A DNA stretch of 51,516 nt from a virus (lineage: Duplodnaviria; Caudoviricetes): positions 1 to 51,516 of IMG/VR virus record IMGVR_UViG_3300033232_000065. The stretch is one strand, 5' to 3'. Positions 1-8,067 of the stretch are shown piece after piece. Every line of letters begins with the position of its first letter. The stretch's first letter is position 1. Below the pieces are notes generated by a model, which was given only the letters and a program-made list of their open reading frames with translations, was not told the origin of the DNA and made no database searches. The translations under genes were made by a program, and so were the position numbers.

Positions 1-699
1 CTTGTAGGGGCTCACCCACAAGTTTCAAGAAGTAGTGCCGCCAAGGATGCAGGTCTTTCTCGGGACCAGAAGGTGACCGCCCTCCGGGTCGCGTCGGGGA
101 ACTGCTGAAGGAGATACCGGCCAAGGCCGGTTCCAGGTACGAGGTGGGGGGGCGCATCTCCACCTCGTCTCAGCGGGCCGAGGCCGCCCGGGACGCCGGG
201 CTATCCACCGACCAACGGAAGACCGCCCTCCGGGTCGCGTCGGGGAACTGCCGAAGGAGATACCGGCGCAACCGGGTAAGCGGACGGACCTCGTGGGGGC
301 GTCCCCACAAGGTTCAAGGGCAAGTGCCGCCCGGGCGGCCTCGGCCCGCTGAGACCGGTGGGGGGTCACCCCTCCACCGGTACTGGTGGCAAGCCGTTTC
401 TTCGCCTCCTCCTCGAAGTGCGGGTTGACCCCGAAGGCGGACGCGGCGTGGTCGCGGGCGTCGCCGGTGGCACCCCCCGGAATTTTTTCCGGAGGGTCAG
501 ACTTCACGCCGGCCAGCATTCTCTTCCTCGCCTCCCTCTCGTAGTGCGGGTTGACGCCGAAAGCGGAAGCGGCTTGATCGCGTGATCTCCCCTCTTCCGC
601 CTCGGGAATTTTTTCCACAGGCCGGGGGGTCTTTCCTCCGGTACTGGTGGCAAGCCGTTTCTTCGCCTCTCCCTCGAAGTGCGGGAGGGCGTCGGCGGC
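1..699. repeat. Tandem array of variant gene-fragment cassettes (type A = fragments of the 14035-14694 gene family; type B = fragments of the 11632-12720 gene family); truncated by the contig start
   Basis: A units (+): 1-97, 90-243, 236-335, joined at CGCGTCGG, plus an inverted partial A unit at ~331-381. B units (-): 376-424 (partial), 414-550, 540-699, joined at CG(A/T)AGTGCGGG. Matches to the phage genes: 236-335 vs revcomp 14382-14481 at 98/100; 58-97 vs revcomp 14331-14370 at 39/40; 420-459 identical to 12279-12318. Confidence 0.9.
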
Positions 700-736
700 A
701 TCTCGAATCTGCGCCGTAGAAGGCCCCCAGGAGCCC

Positions 737-1090
737 CTAGAGTCCACGATCGCCCTCTTCCCCGACCTCCGGCCCGGGGTTCGGAAGGAATCCCGCCTCG
801 ATCAGTTTCTTCCTGAAGACCCGGATCGTGCGGTTCATGATCCACCGTTCATGTTCCGTGTAGGCGTACCAGGAAATGTCCCGCGTGTAGAAGTCGAACA
901 CCAGCCCCGCGCCGCCGTCGCCGTTGGCCGATCTTTCCAACAGGTTGATGATGCTGATGGCCGTCTCGCGGACATCGTTGACGCGGCGGTCGGTCCACCC
1001 CTCGTTCTCCAGCCGGGCGGAGTGCGACCGGCGATAGGAGGACGTGACGCTGGCCGCAAAGTTTAACCAGCCTCTCGGACTTGACGGCAT
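737..1090 (-). CDS. Hypothetical protein (satellite-like segment)
   Basis: 117-aa ORF, RBS GGAGGT before ATG; no motif recognised. Confidence 0.6.
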   Translation of the reverse strand: MPSSPRGWLNFAASVTSSYRRSHSARLENEGWTDRRVNDVRETAISIINLLERSANGDGGAGLVFDFYTRDISWYAYTEHERWIMNRTIRVFRKKLIEAGFLPNPGPEVGEEGDRGL

Positions 1091-1493
1091 CGCACCTCCG
1101 TTACATCAGTGTTTTTCGATGAACTGCCAAGCCGCGCCGATCAAGGGTTGATGGGTTATAGATAATTCTGCATATCGTCAAATCACGATAACAAGATACT
1201 ATCCGTCAAATACAAGGGACGCTGTGATTTCGTCTGCGCGGCGGTCGCCGACGGGGGCGTCACCTTTTTTGAGAAGGGGAGCCCCCGCAGGGGCCCCCCG
1301 CGCTTGTTGCCGTCAACGATCCGGGGAATGAACCCATTTCGTGCGGCACTCCTGCTCCCCGGAACCGGCCACCCCGGGTCGGGTGAGGAAAGGGAGGAAC
1401 GCCCTCCCCGCCGAAAGGTTGCCCGGGGACCGCGGCGGACGCCCCCCGGGCGAGGCGTTGGAGACAGGGGCGATACCCTGACCGCCGCGAATG

Positions 1494-1718
1494 TCACAGC
1501 AGCTCCGTCTTTTCGCTGCCCTCGATGATCCGGGCTTTATTCCGGCGTTCGAGGTCCCGAGCATCGACGATCGGGAGGCGTGCACGATCTCCAGCTTTTT
1601 GCACCTCACCGGCGATGCGATAGCTAATTTTCGCGTCCGCCGGCACGATGCACTCGATCTCGATGGTGCGAGTCGGAAATCTCATCCTGTCCATTCCGGG
1701 TCGATCGAAGGGCTGCAT
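1494..1718 (-). CDS. Small capsid-associated protein, positional paralogue of 42842-43066
   Basis: Directly follows the capsid paralogue; weak pattern IEI..R..G....G......A.D.....KA shared with MKIEIIQRCRVRG...AYDRIGAKKAK. Confidence 0.55.
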   Translation of the reverse strand: MQPFDRPGMDRMRFPTRTIEIECIVPADAKISYRIAGEVQKAGDRARLPIVDARDLERRNKARIIEGSEKTELL

Positions 1719-2789
1719 TTAATTCACCCCCGTCGCGATCGCGAAGGCCGCCGTCCGGCGAACGAACACGTCGATGGACGCGAAGCCGATGATGCGGACC
1801 TGGCCTTCCTTCGACCTGGTTTTGTCGTCGATGAGAATTTCGATGCCCGGCCCCCACGTCGCGAGGACCACGCCCTCCTGGAAGTTCCCGAGGAGGATCG
1901 TCCCCGAGGGGATCGAAGTCGTCACGTACAGCGGACGCGCCATCAAGAGGTTGTCGTCGCCCACCATCATCACTTCCCCCCCGGAAATCTTCGGCCGCTT
2001 CCGGAGGATCTCCGCCACGTCAGGACTCGCAATCCACGCTGCGTTCTCCGTCCGGACGTTCCCGTCTTCGAGGACCTTGATCATCCCCGCGCCCGTGGAA
2101 AGCGAGAACCCCGCGCCGGGCCTGGAGTCGATCCCCGGGGTATTCAGGACGCCCGCCGGCTGCCCGTTGACTCCGGAGCCCGCGAAAAGCGCCGTGTCGA
2201 TCCCGGAGGCTAAGGCTCGCCGGACCATGCCTTTCAAAATCGGCTCCGTCGAGCGGCGCGCGCCGAGGAGCAACAGGTTTCTGCTGACCGGCGGGAGCAA
2301 GCAACCGATGGTGCGCGTGCGGAGGACGGCGGCTCCGAGGGACACGGGACTTTCGTCCGGCGCGTTTCCTTCCGTATCAAGCCAGTACCAGAGTCCGCTT
2401 CCGTCCTCCTTCGGGACCACCGCGTCTCCCACCAGGCCGGGCCAAACCTCGACGCCGAGCCGGTTCGCGAGTGCGACGGGGCCGAGCGCGGCCACGAAAT
2501 CATCCGGCCGGGTATTCTCCGCGACGAGGTACCCGCCGGCGGGGTCGGTGGTGATGTTCATGTCGCGGGCGATCGCCCTCGGCGGGATGTACTCCCCGAT
2601 CCGGGCGATCTCGATGTTTTTGAGCATCCCGAGCGAGGAAACGTAGCGACGCTCAGCGCGGCCCTCATCACCGTTTTCCAGGCAGTGCCGAACGTAGTGC
2701 AGGAGGGAGAAGGGCTCCTCCTTCCGTCCCGGCGGTTCAAACGTGATCCGGGAGCCGGGTTCGATCAGTTTTGCTTTGAGTGCAGTCAT
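1719..2789 (-). CDS. HK97-fold major capsid protein paralogue lacking protease/scaffold regions
   Basis: RDMNITTDPAGGYLV vs helper RDMNITTDTAGGFLV; GSGVNGQPAG vs GTGANGQPTG; VRIIGFASIDVFVR vs IRIVGYQSVDVGVR. Confidence 0.9.
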   Translation of the reverse strand: MTALKAKLIEPGSRITFEPPGRKEEPFSLLHYVRHCLENGDEGRAERRYVSSLGMLKNIEIARIGEYIPPRAIARDMNITTDPAGGYLVAENTRPDDFVAALGPVALANRLGVEVWPGLVGDAVVPKEDGSGLWYWLDTEGNAPDESPVSLGAAVLRTRTIGCLLPPVSRNLLLLGARRSTEPILKGMVRRALASGIDTALFAGSGVNGQPAGVLNTPGIDSRPGAGFSLSTGAGMIKVLEDGNVRTENAAWIASPDVAEILRKRPKISGGEVMMVGDDNLLMARPLYVTTSIPSGTILLGNFQEGVVLATWGPGIEILIDDKTRSKEGQVRIIGFASIDVFVRRTAAFAIATGVN

Positions 2790-2807
2790 TTCGTACCTTC
2801 CTTTCTG

Positions 2808-3545
2808 TCACGTATGACGTGACACTTTTTTATCGTTCTCGAACACCTCCGCGGCCTTCCGACCTTTCCGCCCCCGGGGGCCAGCCGGGAGAGGGGAGGG
2901 GGAATCGTCCTGCATATAAAGTTTCTCGATCTCGCGAATCATCATCTCGATCTTCGGATTCTCCGCAATCTGCTTCTCCAGGTGCTCGGCCCACCCGGGG
3001 ATTGCGAAGGACTCCCACGCCTTGCGGACCATCTTTCTCACCTCGGACGGCTTTTCTCCCGTGTTCACCGCGAGCCGGACATGAAATTCAGCGTAGGTGT
3101 GGTACAGGATGTCGGCCATGTGATCGTCGAATTTGTAAAGCGCCTCCCGCGTCGAATCACACTCGTGAGCGAGAACAACCAATTGAACGATGTTGTGGCG
3201 GAACGATTGCCGCAGCCTCGTGAACAGGTCGCACAAGGCGAAGTCCACCTCCGCCTTTTCGACCAATTCACCCTCGCGATGACGAAGCCGCAGTTCCCGG
3301 AGGCGGATCTCTACCCCGAGATTCTTCGCCCGGAGCGCGGCGAGCTTCCCGTCCGTCTTCGAGGTAGGAGACTTGTACTCCTTCACTAGCGCCCGGGTCG
3401 CGCCTACATCGATCCGGGGGGGGTCGTCGTCAGTCCACGCGACGGCTCCGGCCTGATCCCATCGCGTCACGCTGGACCGCGCCACACCTTCAAGGCGGGA
3501 AAGCTCGGCCAGGTTGCACACAGACTTACCGGTCTTTTTTGCCAT
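2808..3545 (-). CDS. terS: Terminase small subunit, lambda Nu1-like (second copy)
   Basis: N-terminal HTH (NLAELSRLEGVARSSVTRW) and LRELRLRHREGELVEKAEV motif; GGAGG RBS; directly downstream of the cos-like region. Confidence 0.75.
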   Translation of the reverse strand: MAKKTGKSVCNLAELSRLEGVARSSVTRWDQAGAVAWTDDDPPRIDVGATRALVKEYKSPTSKTDGKLAALRAKNLGVEIRLRELRLRHREGELVEKAEVDFALCDLFTRLRQSFRHNIVQLVVLAHECDSTREALYKFDDHMADILYHTYAEFHVRLAVNTGEKPSEVRKMVRKAWESFAIPGWAEHLEKQIAENPKIEMMIREIEKLYMQDDSPSPLPAGPRGRKGRKAAEVFENDKKVSRHT

Positions 3546-3608
3546 AAAACCTCCTTGTGTTGCGTGTTGCGGAAAAACAAAAATGTAATCGGCGAAGGAT
3601 AAGATCGG

Positions 3609-3655
3609 GGTCCGAATATACCCCTGACGCAACCTCGCCGGGAGTACCTAAGGTT
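3609..3655 (-). other. Putative cos/packaging initiation site
   Basis: Minus strand AGGTACTCCCGGCGAGGTTGCGTCAGGGGTATATTCGGACC just upstream of terS; resembles the lambda cosQ..AGGTTACG arrangement; imperfect inverted arms GTCAG/CGGAC. Confidence 0.5.
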
Positions 3656-3735
3656 AATCAAGCACTTACGCATGGTCCGCCATCCTCCCCTCCTTCCCCT
3701 CCTTCGCCTCCCTTTCGATGAGGTCTTCCTCCCGG
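3609..3735. repeat. 127-bp exact repeat of the contig end (51390-51516); circularisation overlap
   Basis: Base-by-base identity; length equals a common assembler k of 127. Confidence 0.95.
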
Positions 3736-3842
3736 CGTCGGACGTACGTCCAGCAGCAGCGGGCCTTCTCGCATTCCTGCAGGGTCCGGCCGTCCAGGTG
3801 CTCGCAATCGAGCTCGCAACAGGGGAAGGGATCGGCCGTCAT
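3666..3842 (-). CDS. Small Cys-rich hypothetical protein
   Basis: 58 aa MTADPFPCCELDCEHL...; GGAGG RBS. Confidence 0.5.
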   Translation of the reverse strand: MTADPFPCCELDCEHLDGRTLQECEKARCCWTYVRRREEDLIEREAKEGKEGRMADHA

Positions 3843-3909
3843 AACGCCTCCCTGTTCCGGATCGCGTCCGCTATGTCGGACAGCCCGCCCGTGATGGCGT
3901 CGCCGATCA

Positions 3910-4644
3910 TCACGCGCCACCCTCGATCGCCTCGCGTACTGCGGTAGCCGTCTCTTCCGCGAGGGTATCTCTGGCGAATTGTTCGGAGAGTTCGTAGAAC
4001 GGGAAGTGCTTCTCGTACTGCGGAACTTTGCGCGTCCGGAAAAAAAGGAGCGTGACCTTTCTCCCCTTGCGCTGCCAGATCCCGGCCTTCGTGAAGAAAT
4101 ACCATTCGCCGCTCTTCTTCCTCCTCCGCGACACCGCTGTCGTGTTCGCAAGCGCGTCCGGCTGCGCCTGTAGCCCGGCAAGAATCTTCTGGATCATCCC
4201 GGGTGATACGTTGCCGAACTGGTTCAACGCCACGCCGCGGGCGGGGATGAGGTATTCATTGTTCATCAGCACGTCCTGGATGCCCCGCATCCCGACGCCG
4301 CGGACACCGAACATGGACATCGCCACCTCGAACCCCTTGCGCCGGCGGGGTCCGCCCTCGACCTGCGGCTCGAGATACTTCACGGAGCGCGGCGCCCACG
4401 GCTCCTTGAACCCGATCTCGGCCGTCATATTGTCCATTCTCGGCGGCCGGGAGCGCAGGGCGTTCAGGGTGTACGGGGTCGGGCGGTCGAAGACGCGATG
4501 CATCTCCGAATACAGACGGGCTTTGGTCTTGTCGGTGGTACGGTCCAGCGCTTTCAGCATGGCGAACCGGATGCGGAGTTGGATCGAGCCGCTGAGGGAG
4601 GCGACGAACCTCTCCACGCCCTTTACCTCAGCCTTGATCTGCAT
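3910..4644 (-). CDS. Virion morphogenesis protein (gpZ/HK97 gp10-like)
   Basis: VFDRPTPYTLNAL motif, basic, typical position upstream of terS in GpA-type phages. Confidence 0.65.
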   Translation of the reverse strand: MQIKAEVKGVERFVASLSGSIQLRIRFAMLKALDRTTDKTKARLYSEMHRVFDRPTPYTLNALRSRPPRMDNMTAEIGFKEPWAPRSVKYLEPQVEGGPRRRKGFEVAMSMFGVRGVGMRGIQDVLMNNEYLIPARGVALNQFGNVSPGMIQKILAGLQAQPDALANTTAVSRRRKKSGEWYFFTKAGIWQRKGRKVTLLFFRTRKVPQYEKHFPFYELSEQFARDTLAEETATAVREAIEGGA

Positions 4645-4716
4645 GTAGCCTCCAAGCGCGTCCCGAACCGATCACGCTGCAAACGACGCCGCGCTCTGCC
4701 GCATGGAGCACACCGC

Positions 4717-5025
4717 TCATGCGTTTCCCGCCATGTCGTCCTCCGGCCACCGTGCCCGCTCCTTGTCTGCGAACTCCACAATCCCTCGTGCCACCTGTTC
4801 GAGCACCCACGCCATTTCTGGATGCTCATGCACCGACCGCTGGTACATCGTCATCAGCATTACGCCCGTGGCGTTACTGTTGCCGTAACTGAGCATCACG
4901 CAACCCGGCGGCTCTGCCGGCACGCTGGCCAGCAGGAGGAATCCATTGCATGGACGTACCTCGCCGGCGCAATGAACATCTATGGGATGCGATGACTTGT
5001 CCAAATGGATAATCACCTCGTCCAT
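4717..5025 (-). CDS. Hypothetical protein
   Basis: 102-aa ORF, RBS GGAGG, coupled to an upstream stop. Confidence 0.55.
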   Translation of the reverse strand: MDEVIIHLDKSSHPIDVHCAGEVRPCNGFLLLASVPAEPPGCVMLSYGNSNATGVMLMTMYQRSVHEHPEMAWVLEQVARGIVEFADKERARWPEDDMAGNA

Positions 5026-5285
5026 CAGACTGCCTCCCCCATGCACGCCCGACGCGACACCCTCACCGGGATCAACCGCAGGTCGTGATAGTTCCTCCGC
5101 TCTTCGCGCAGGATGAGCGCCGCCTCCGCATCGTTGTCTGCTGTGGCAACGTCGACCACCTTACCCGTAATCTTGTCGATGCCGACGATTCGGTAAATGA
5201 TGGCCTCCGGAAAAGGGTGCGGCCCCGGTTTTTAGTCGGGGCCGCGGGAAAGGAGAGGAACGCCATCGTGGCGGGATGGCCGAAC

Positions 5286-5402
5286 GAAAAAAGCCCCGGG
5301 GGTTCCGGGGCCTGCGGACAGTACTCAATATTGCGAGAATGCTACAGCACTCACGGGGGGTGCGTATGGTGACAAATTATGGGAATGTCCTCATTTGTCC
5401 AC
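5286..5402 (-). promoter_or_regulatory. Probable late-control region with hairpin terminator
   Basis: AT-richer intergenic stretch with GGACA repeats, followed by GCCCCGGAACCCCCGGGGC plus a T-run on the minus strand. Confidence 0.45.
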
Positions 5403-5621
5403 TTAGGCTTCAACGAGCATCCCGCCGCACGTCGCGCAGGGCTTCGCCGCGTGCTCCCGGACCCACCTGTCGATGTCCTCCGGCTTCGCCATCATCTTGC
5501 GTCCGAGGAAGGAAACGGGGAAGTCCGGATACTTCGCGAGTAGGCGCGAGACGGTGCGTCCCGTCACGTTCAGATATTCCGCGATCGCCTTGCGGCCGGT
5601 GAGCCAGCGGGAACCAGTCAC
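5403..5621 (-). CDS. HTH DNA-binding protein (AlpA/MerR-like), possible late activator
   Basis: GRKAIAEYLNVTGRTVSRL HTH; C-terminal CxxC. Confidence 0.75.
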   Translation of the reverse strand: MTGSRWLTGRKAIAEYLNVTGRTVSRLLAKYPDFPVSFLGRKMMAKPEDIDRWVREHAAKPCATCGGMLVEA

Positions 5622-5866
5622 GCTGCCGCCTCCCTGTTCCGGTTATTTTTCTTGAATGAATCCATCGTCATCTTCTGGATCTTGCCGAAGGTTCTTTTTG
5701 GATCAATGTCCAAGTGGCGGCAACACCACACGAAAGAAAACAGATCCTCATCCTCCCGCATAAACCAATGCGCGGCCTGTTTTCTGTACGTCCTGTTCTT
5801 CGAAAGATAATCTTTTGTCGCCAATTCCAGCACGGCGACGATCAGTTTGCGCTCCCCGCTCATCAT
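5618..5866 (-). CDS. Conserved hypothetical phage protein
   Basis: KLIVAVLELA...AAHWF...FSFVWCCRHLDIDP pattern; overlapping start/stop with neighbours. Confidence 0.65.
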   Translation of the reverse strand: MMSGERKLIVAVLELATKDYLSKNRTYRKQAAHWFMREDEDLFSFVWCCRHLDIDPKRTFGKIQKMTMDSFKKNNRNREAAA

Positions 5867-6303
5867 CCCCTCTCCCCCTTCTCCGTCTTGCATCGGATCA
5901 ACCCGCCGTTCAGCGCCGCCCGCATCTTCCGCAGGTCCGCCGACACCAACCCCCGCAGCACCTTCGGCCGGACGAACGTGTTGCACGCCATACACCATAC
6001 CCGCCCCTTGCCCCGATCCGCCGGCGCGCGCCCCAGGCACAGCGGGCAGACGCTCCACTCCGGGATTGAATGCCAGAACGTGCCGGCCACGTCATCGGAC
6101 GCTTTGAGATACGCCTCCGCGTACCCCGTCCGGTCGTACTTCTCGATCACCCCGCGGACGGAGACGGCGTACTCCATCTGCCGGTTTCCGGCGTCGACCC
6201 GGACCGGCGCGGGAAGGCCCTTCTGCGGTACCAGCGTCCGCACCCCGAGGCAGGACATGATCTCCTCGGCCCGGGCGACGTGCTGGCGCAGGGAGAACTT
6301 CAC
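5863..6303 (-). CDS. Hypothetical protein with Zn-ribbon
   Basis: CPLC...CMAC; coupled to neighbours. Confidence 0.6.
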   Translation of the reverse strand: MKFSLRQHVARAEEIMSCLGVRTLVPQKGLPAPVRVDAGNRQMEYAVSVRGVIEKYDRTGYAEAYLKASDDVAGTFWHSIPEWSVCPLCLGRAPADRGKGRVWCMACNTFVRPKVLRGLVSADLRKMRAALNGGLIRCKTEKGERG

Positions 6304-6566
6304 GCCGCATCCTCCGGGGGCTTGTCGTAGAGGCTATCAAGTGATTGAAATACGATCTTCTTCTCCTCCAGCACGCCCTCCGTCTTCCCATCGTGCGGCC
6401 CCTCGAACAGCGCCTCCCAATCGCCGTGCCGATTCGGGATGACGGAGAAGAGGCGGAAGCCTTCCGGCAGGCCATCAATGACGCGGGTCGGACGGATCGC
6501 CGCGCCGGTCACAAGGTACTGGACGATGAACTCCGGAGAGAATCGAACTCTATAGATCATCCCCAT
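6300..6566 (-). CDS. Hypothetical protein
   Basis: 88-aa ORF in operon context. Confidence 0.55.
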   Translation of the reverse strand: MGMIYRVRFSPEFIVQYLVTGAAIRPTRVIDGLPEGFRLFSVIPNRHGDWEALFEGPHDGKTEGVLEEKKIVFQSLDSLYDKPPEDAA

Positions 6567-6595
6567 CTTCCTCTACCCCTTCGGGCGTTGATGGT

Positions 6596-6763
6596 TCACT
6601 GCGCTTCGGCTTTCTTCAACCACGCGATGCTCTGCCGCACCATGATCATCTCCACGTGCCGCTCGTGGCACTCCGGGCACTCGATCGGCTCATCCGCGTC
6701 CGCTACGAACAGGCCGCGGTAGGCGCAGGTGCGGCAGAACATCCAAACAGGCCGGTCAGGCAT
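6596..6763 (-). CDS. Small Zn-ribbon protein
   Basis: 55 aa, CRTC...CPEC; GGAGG RBS. Confidence 0.5.
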   Translation of the reverse strand: MPDRPVWMFCRTCAYRGLFVADADEPIECPECHERHVEMIMVRQSIAWLKKAEAQ

Positions 6764-7139
6764 GGGTCACCTCCAATGCGTTCAGCACATCGTCCACAGA
6801 CCGCGCCAGCACGTATCGATCGCCCCACGCTTCCGTCTGCTGCTGGAACGCGATCTGCGCGTCGGACTGCCTGCCGTCCTTCGCCTTCAGTTCGATCCAT
6901 ACCGTCCGCCACGACTCGCATTTGTTTTTGCGGACACGGACCATCACGTCAGCCATGCCCTGGTATCCGTAGCGCACCTTCCGCCCGCCGTGAATCGCCA
7001 TGCCGGTATTCATCCGGATCGCCTGGACGCCCGGCAGTCGGCACAGCAGGGCCAGGACCTCGGAGAGTAGTGATGACTCCGGAGTCTTGTGGCGTTGCGC
7101 CAGCAGGTGCGCGGCGGCGCGGTAATCGCGGAGGTTCAC
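6756..7139 (-). CDS. VRR-NUC domain nuclease (Holliday junction resolvase-like)
   Basis: GMAD...WIELKAKDGRQSDAQIAFQ motif. Confidence 0.85.
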   Translation of the reverse strand: MNLRDYRAAAHLLAQRHKTPESSLLSEVLALLCRLPGVQAIRMNTGMAIHGGRKVRYGYQGMADVMVRVRKNKCESWRTVWIELKAKDGRQSDAQIAFQQQTEAWGDRYVLARSVDDVLNALEVTHA

Positions 7140-7354
7140 TTCGCCTTCACCGCCGGCAGGTCGAACTGCTGCGCCGTGATCACCACGTTGACGGGCAACT
7201 CCTGCATCGCCAGCAGGTCCTGCAACTCGGCGATCCCTTTTTCGGTGGGCGTGAACTCCAGAACGACTCTCGCGACGAGCTGGATATTATCCGAGGTCTC
7301 CTTCCGTGCGAGTTGGATCGTCTTCACCTCTCCGTCGAGTCGAACTGTTCCCAT
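7136..7354 (-). CDS. Hypothetical protein
   Basis: 72 aa, AGGAGG RBS. Confidence 0.6.
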   Translation of the reverse strand: MGTVRLDGEVKTIQLARKETSDNIQLVARVVLEFTPTEKGIAELQDLLAMQELPVNVVITAQQFDLPAVKAK

Positions 7355-7386
7355 CGTGCGCCTCCTTTTTTTTGGTGTGCGGTTCG

Positions 7387-8067
7387 TCAGGCTCCGATCC
7401 TTCTATCCTTGCCCGTCAATTCGATCACCCTGCACATTCCCGCAATCCGGGAGGCAATCCGATCCCCGACCTTTTCCGCGATCTCGTCAAGGGTCAGGTT
7501 GCTTGTAATGATCGTGTCCCGGCATTCGGAATACCGCTTGTCGATGATGATGTAGAGCGACTGGAGCGCAAACTCGCTGGCCTTCTCCGCGCCGAGGTCA
7601 TCCAGAACCACAAGGCTCGGCTTCGTGTACTGCCGGATGATGTCCATCTCCCTCCACTCGGCACCCTTCCGGAAGCTCTCCCGTAGCTCCAGCAGGAGGT
7701 TCGCGACGGTCGTGAACGTGTCGTACTCCTGCATCCCCGCGCTCATCAGCAGGGCGACGGCAAAATATGTCTTCCCGGTGCCTGGAGGGCCGTGAAGGAA
7801 CAACCCGCCGCTCTCCTTAGCCGTGCACAGACCCCAAAGCGCCTCATCGATCGACCGAGGGTCTACGTCAAGAAACCTTCTCGGCACCCCCGCGCACTCC
7901 GCCGTCCTCCTCTGCCGCTTTCGTGTTTCCTCCGGCGTCAGTAGTTTCGGCACGAACACCCGTGCTGATTCCGGCGTACTTTCCTGGACGGGCCTTGACG
8001 TTGCCAGTTTGAGCACTCGATCCATGCACGCCTTTGTTTCCGGATCCATTCCTTGTCTCCTTTTCAT
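7387..8067 (-). CDS. DnaC/IstB-like AAA+ helicase loader
   Basis: Walker A GPPGTGKT, Walker B VVLDDLG, TIITSN, RIASRI. Confidence 0.9.
   Translation of the reverse strand: MKRRQGMDPETKACMDRVLKLATSRPVQESTPESARVFVPKLLTPEETRKRQRRTAECAGVPRRFLDVDPRSIDEALWGLCTAKESGGLFLHGPPGTGKTYFAVALLMSAGMQEYDTFTTVANLLLELRESFRKGAEWREMDIIRQYTKPSLVVLDDLGAEKASEFALQSLYIIIDKRYSECRDTIITSNLTLDEIAEKVGDRIASRIAGMCRVIELTGKDRRIGA

Larger units (their letters stand above)
1..3608 (-). mobile_element. Partial putative phage satellite (PICI-like) joined to the helper phage at the cos region
   Basis: Carries its own TerS and a capsid paralogue but no TerL, portal or protease in view; diverges from the phage circle at 3608/51389, immediately upstream of either terS. 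Confidence 0.65.

Noticed and set aside
1-699. CRISPR array
   Set aside because: Units are 126-146 bp of protein-coding homology with degenerate ends, and there is no cas operon; the Cas4-like gene at 16818 sits in a normal phage recombination module
25-747. 240-aa ORF as an ordinary gene
   Set aside because: It is a read-through of in-frame B cassettes followed by antisense A cassettes; translation is not excluded but is unsupported
5403-5621. Excisionase indicating an integration module
   Set aside because: No integrase nearby; its position before the late-control region fits a transcription regulator better
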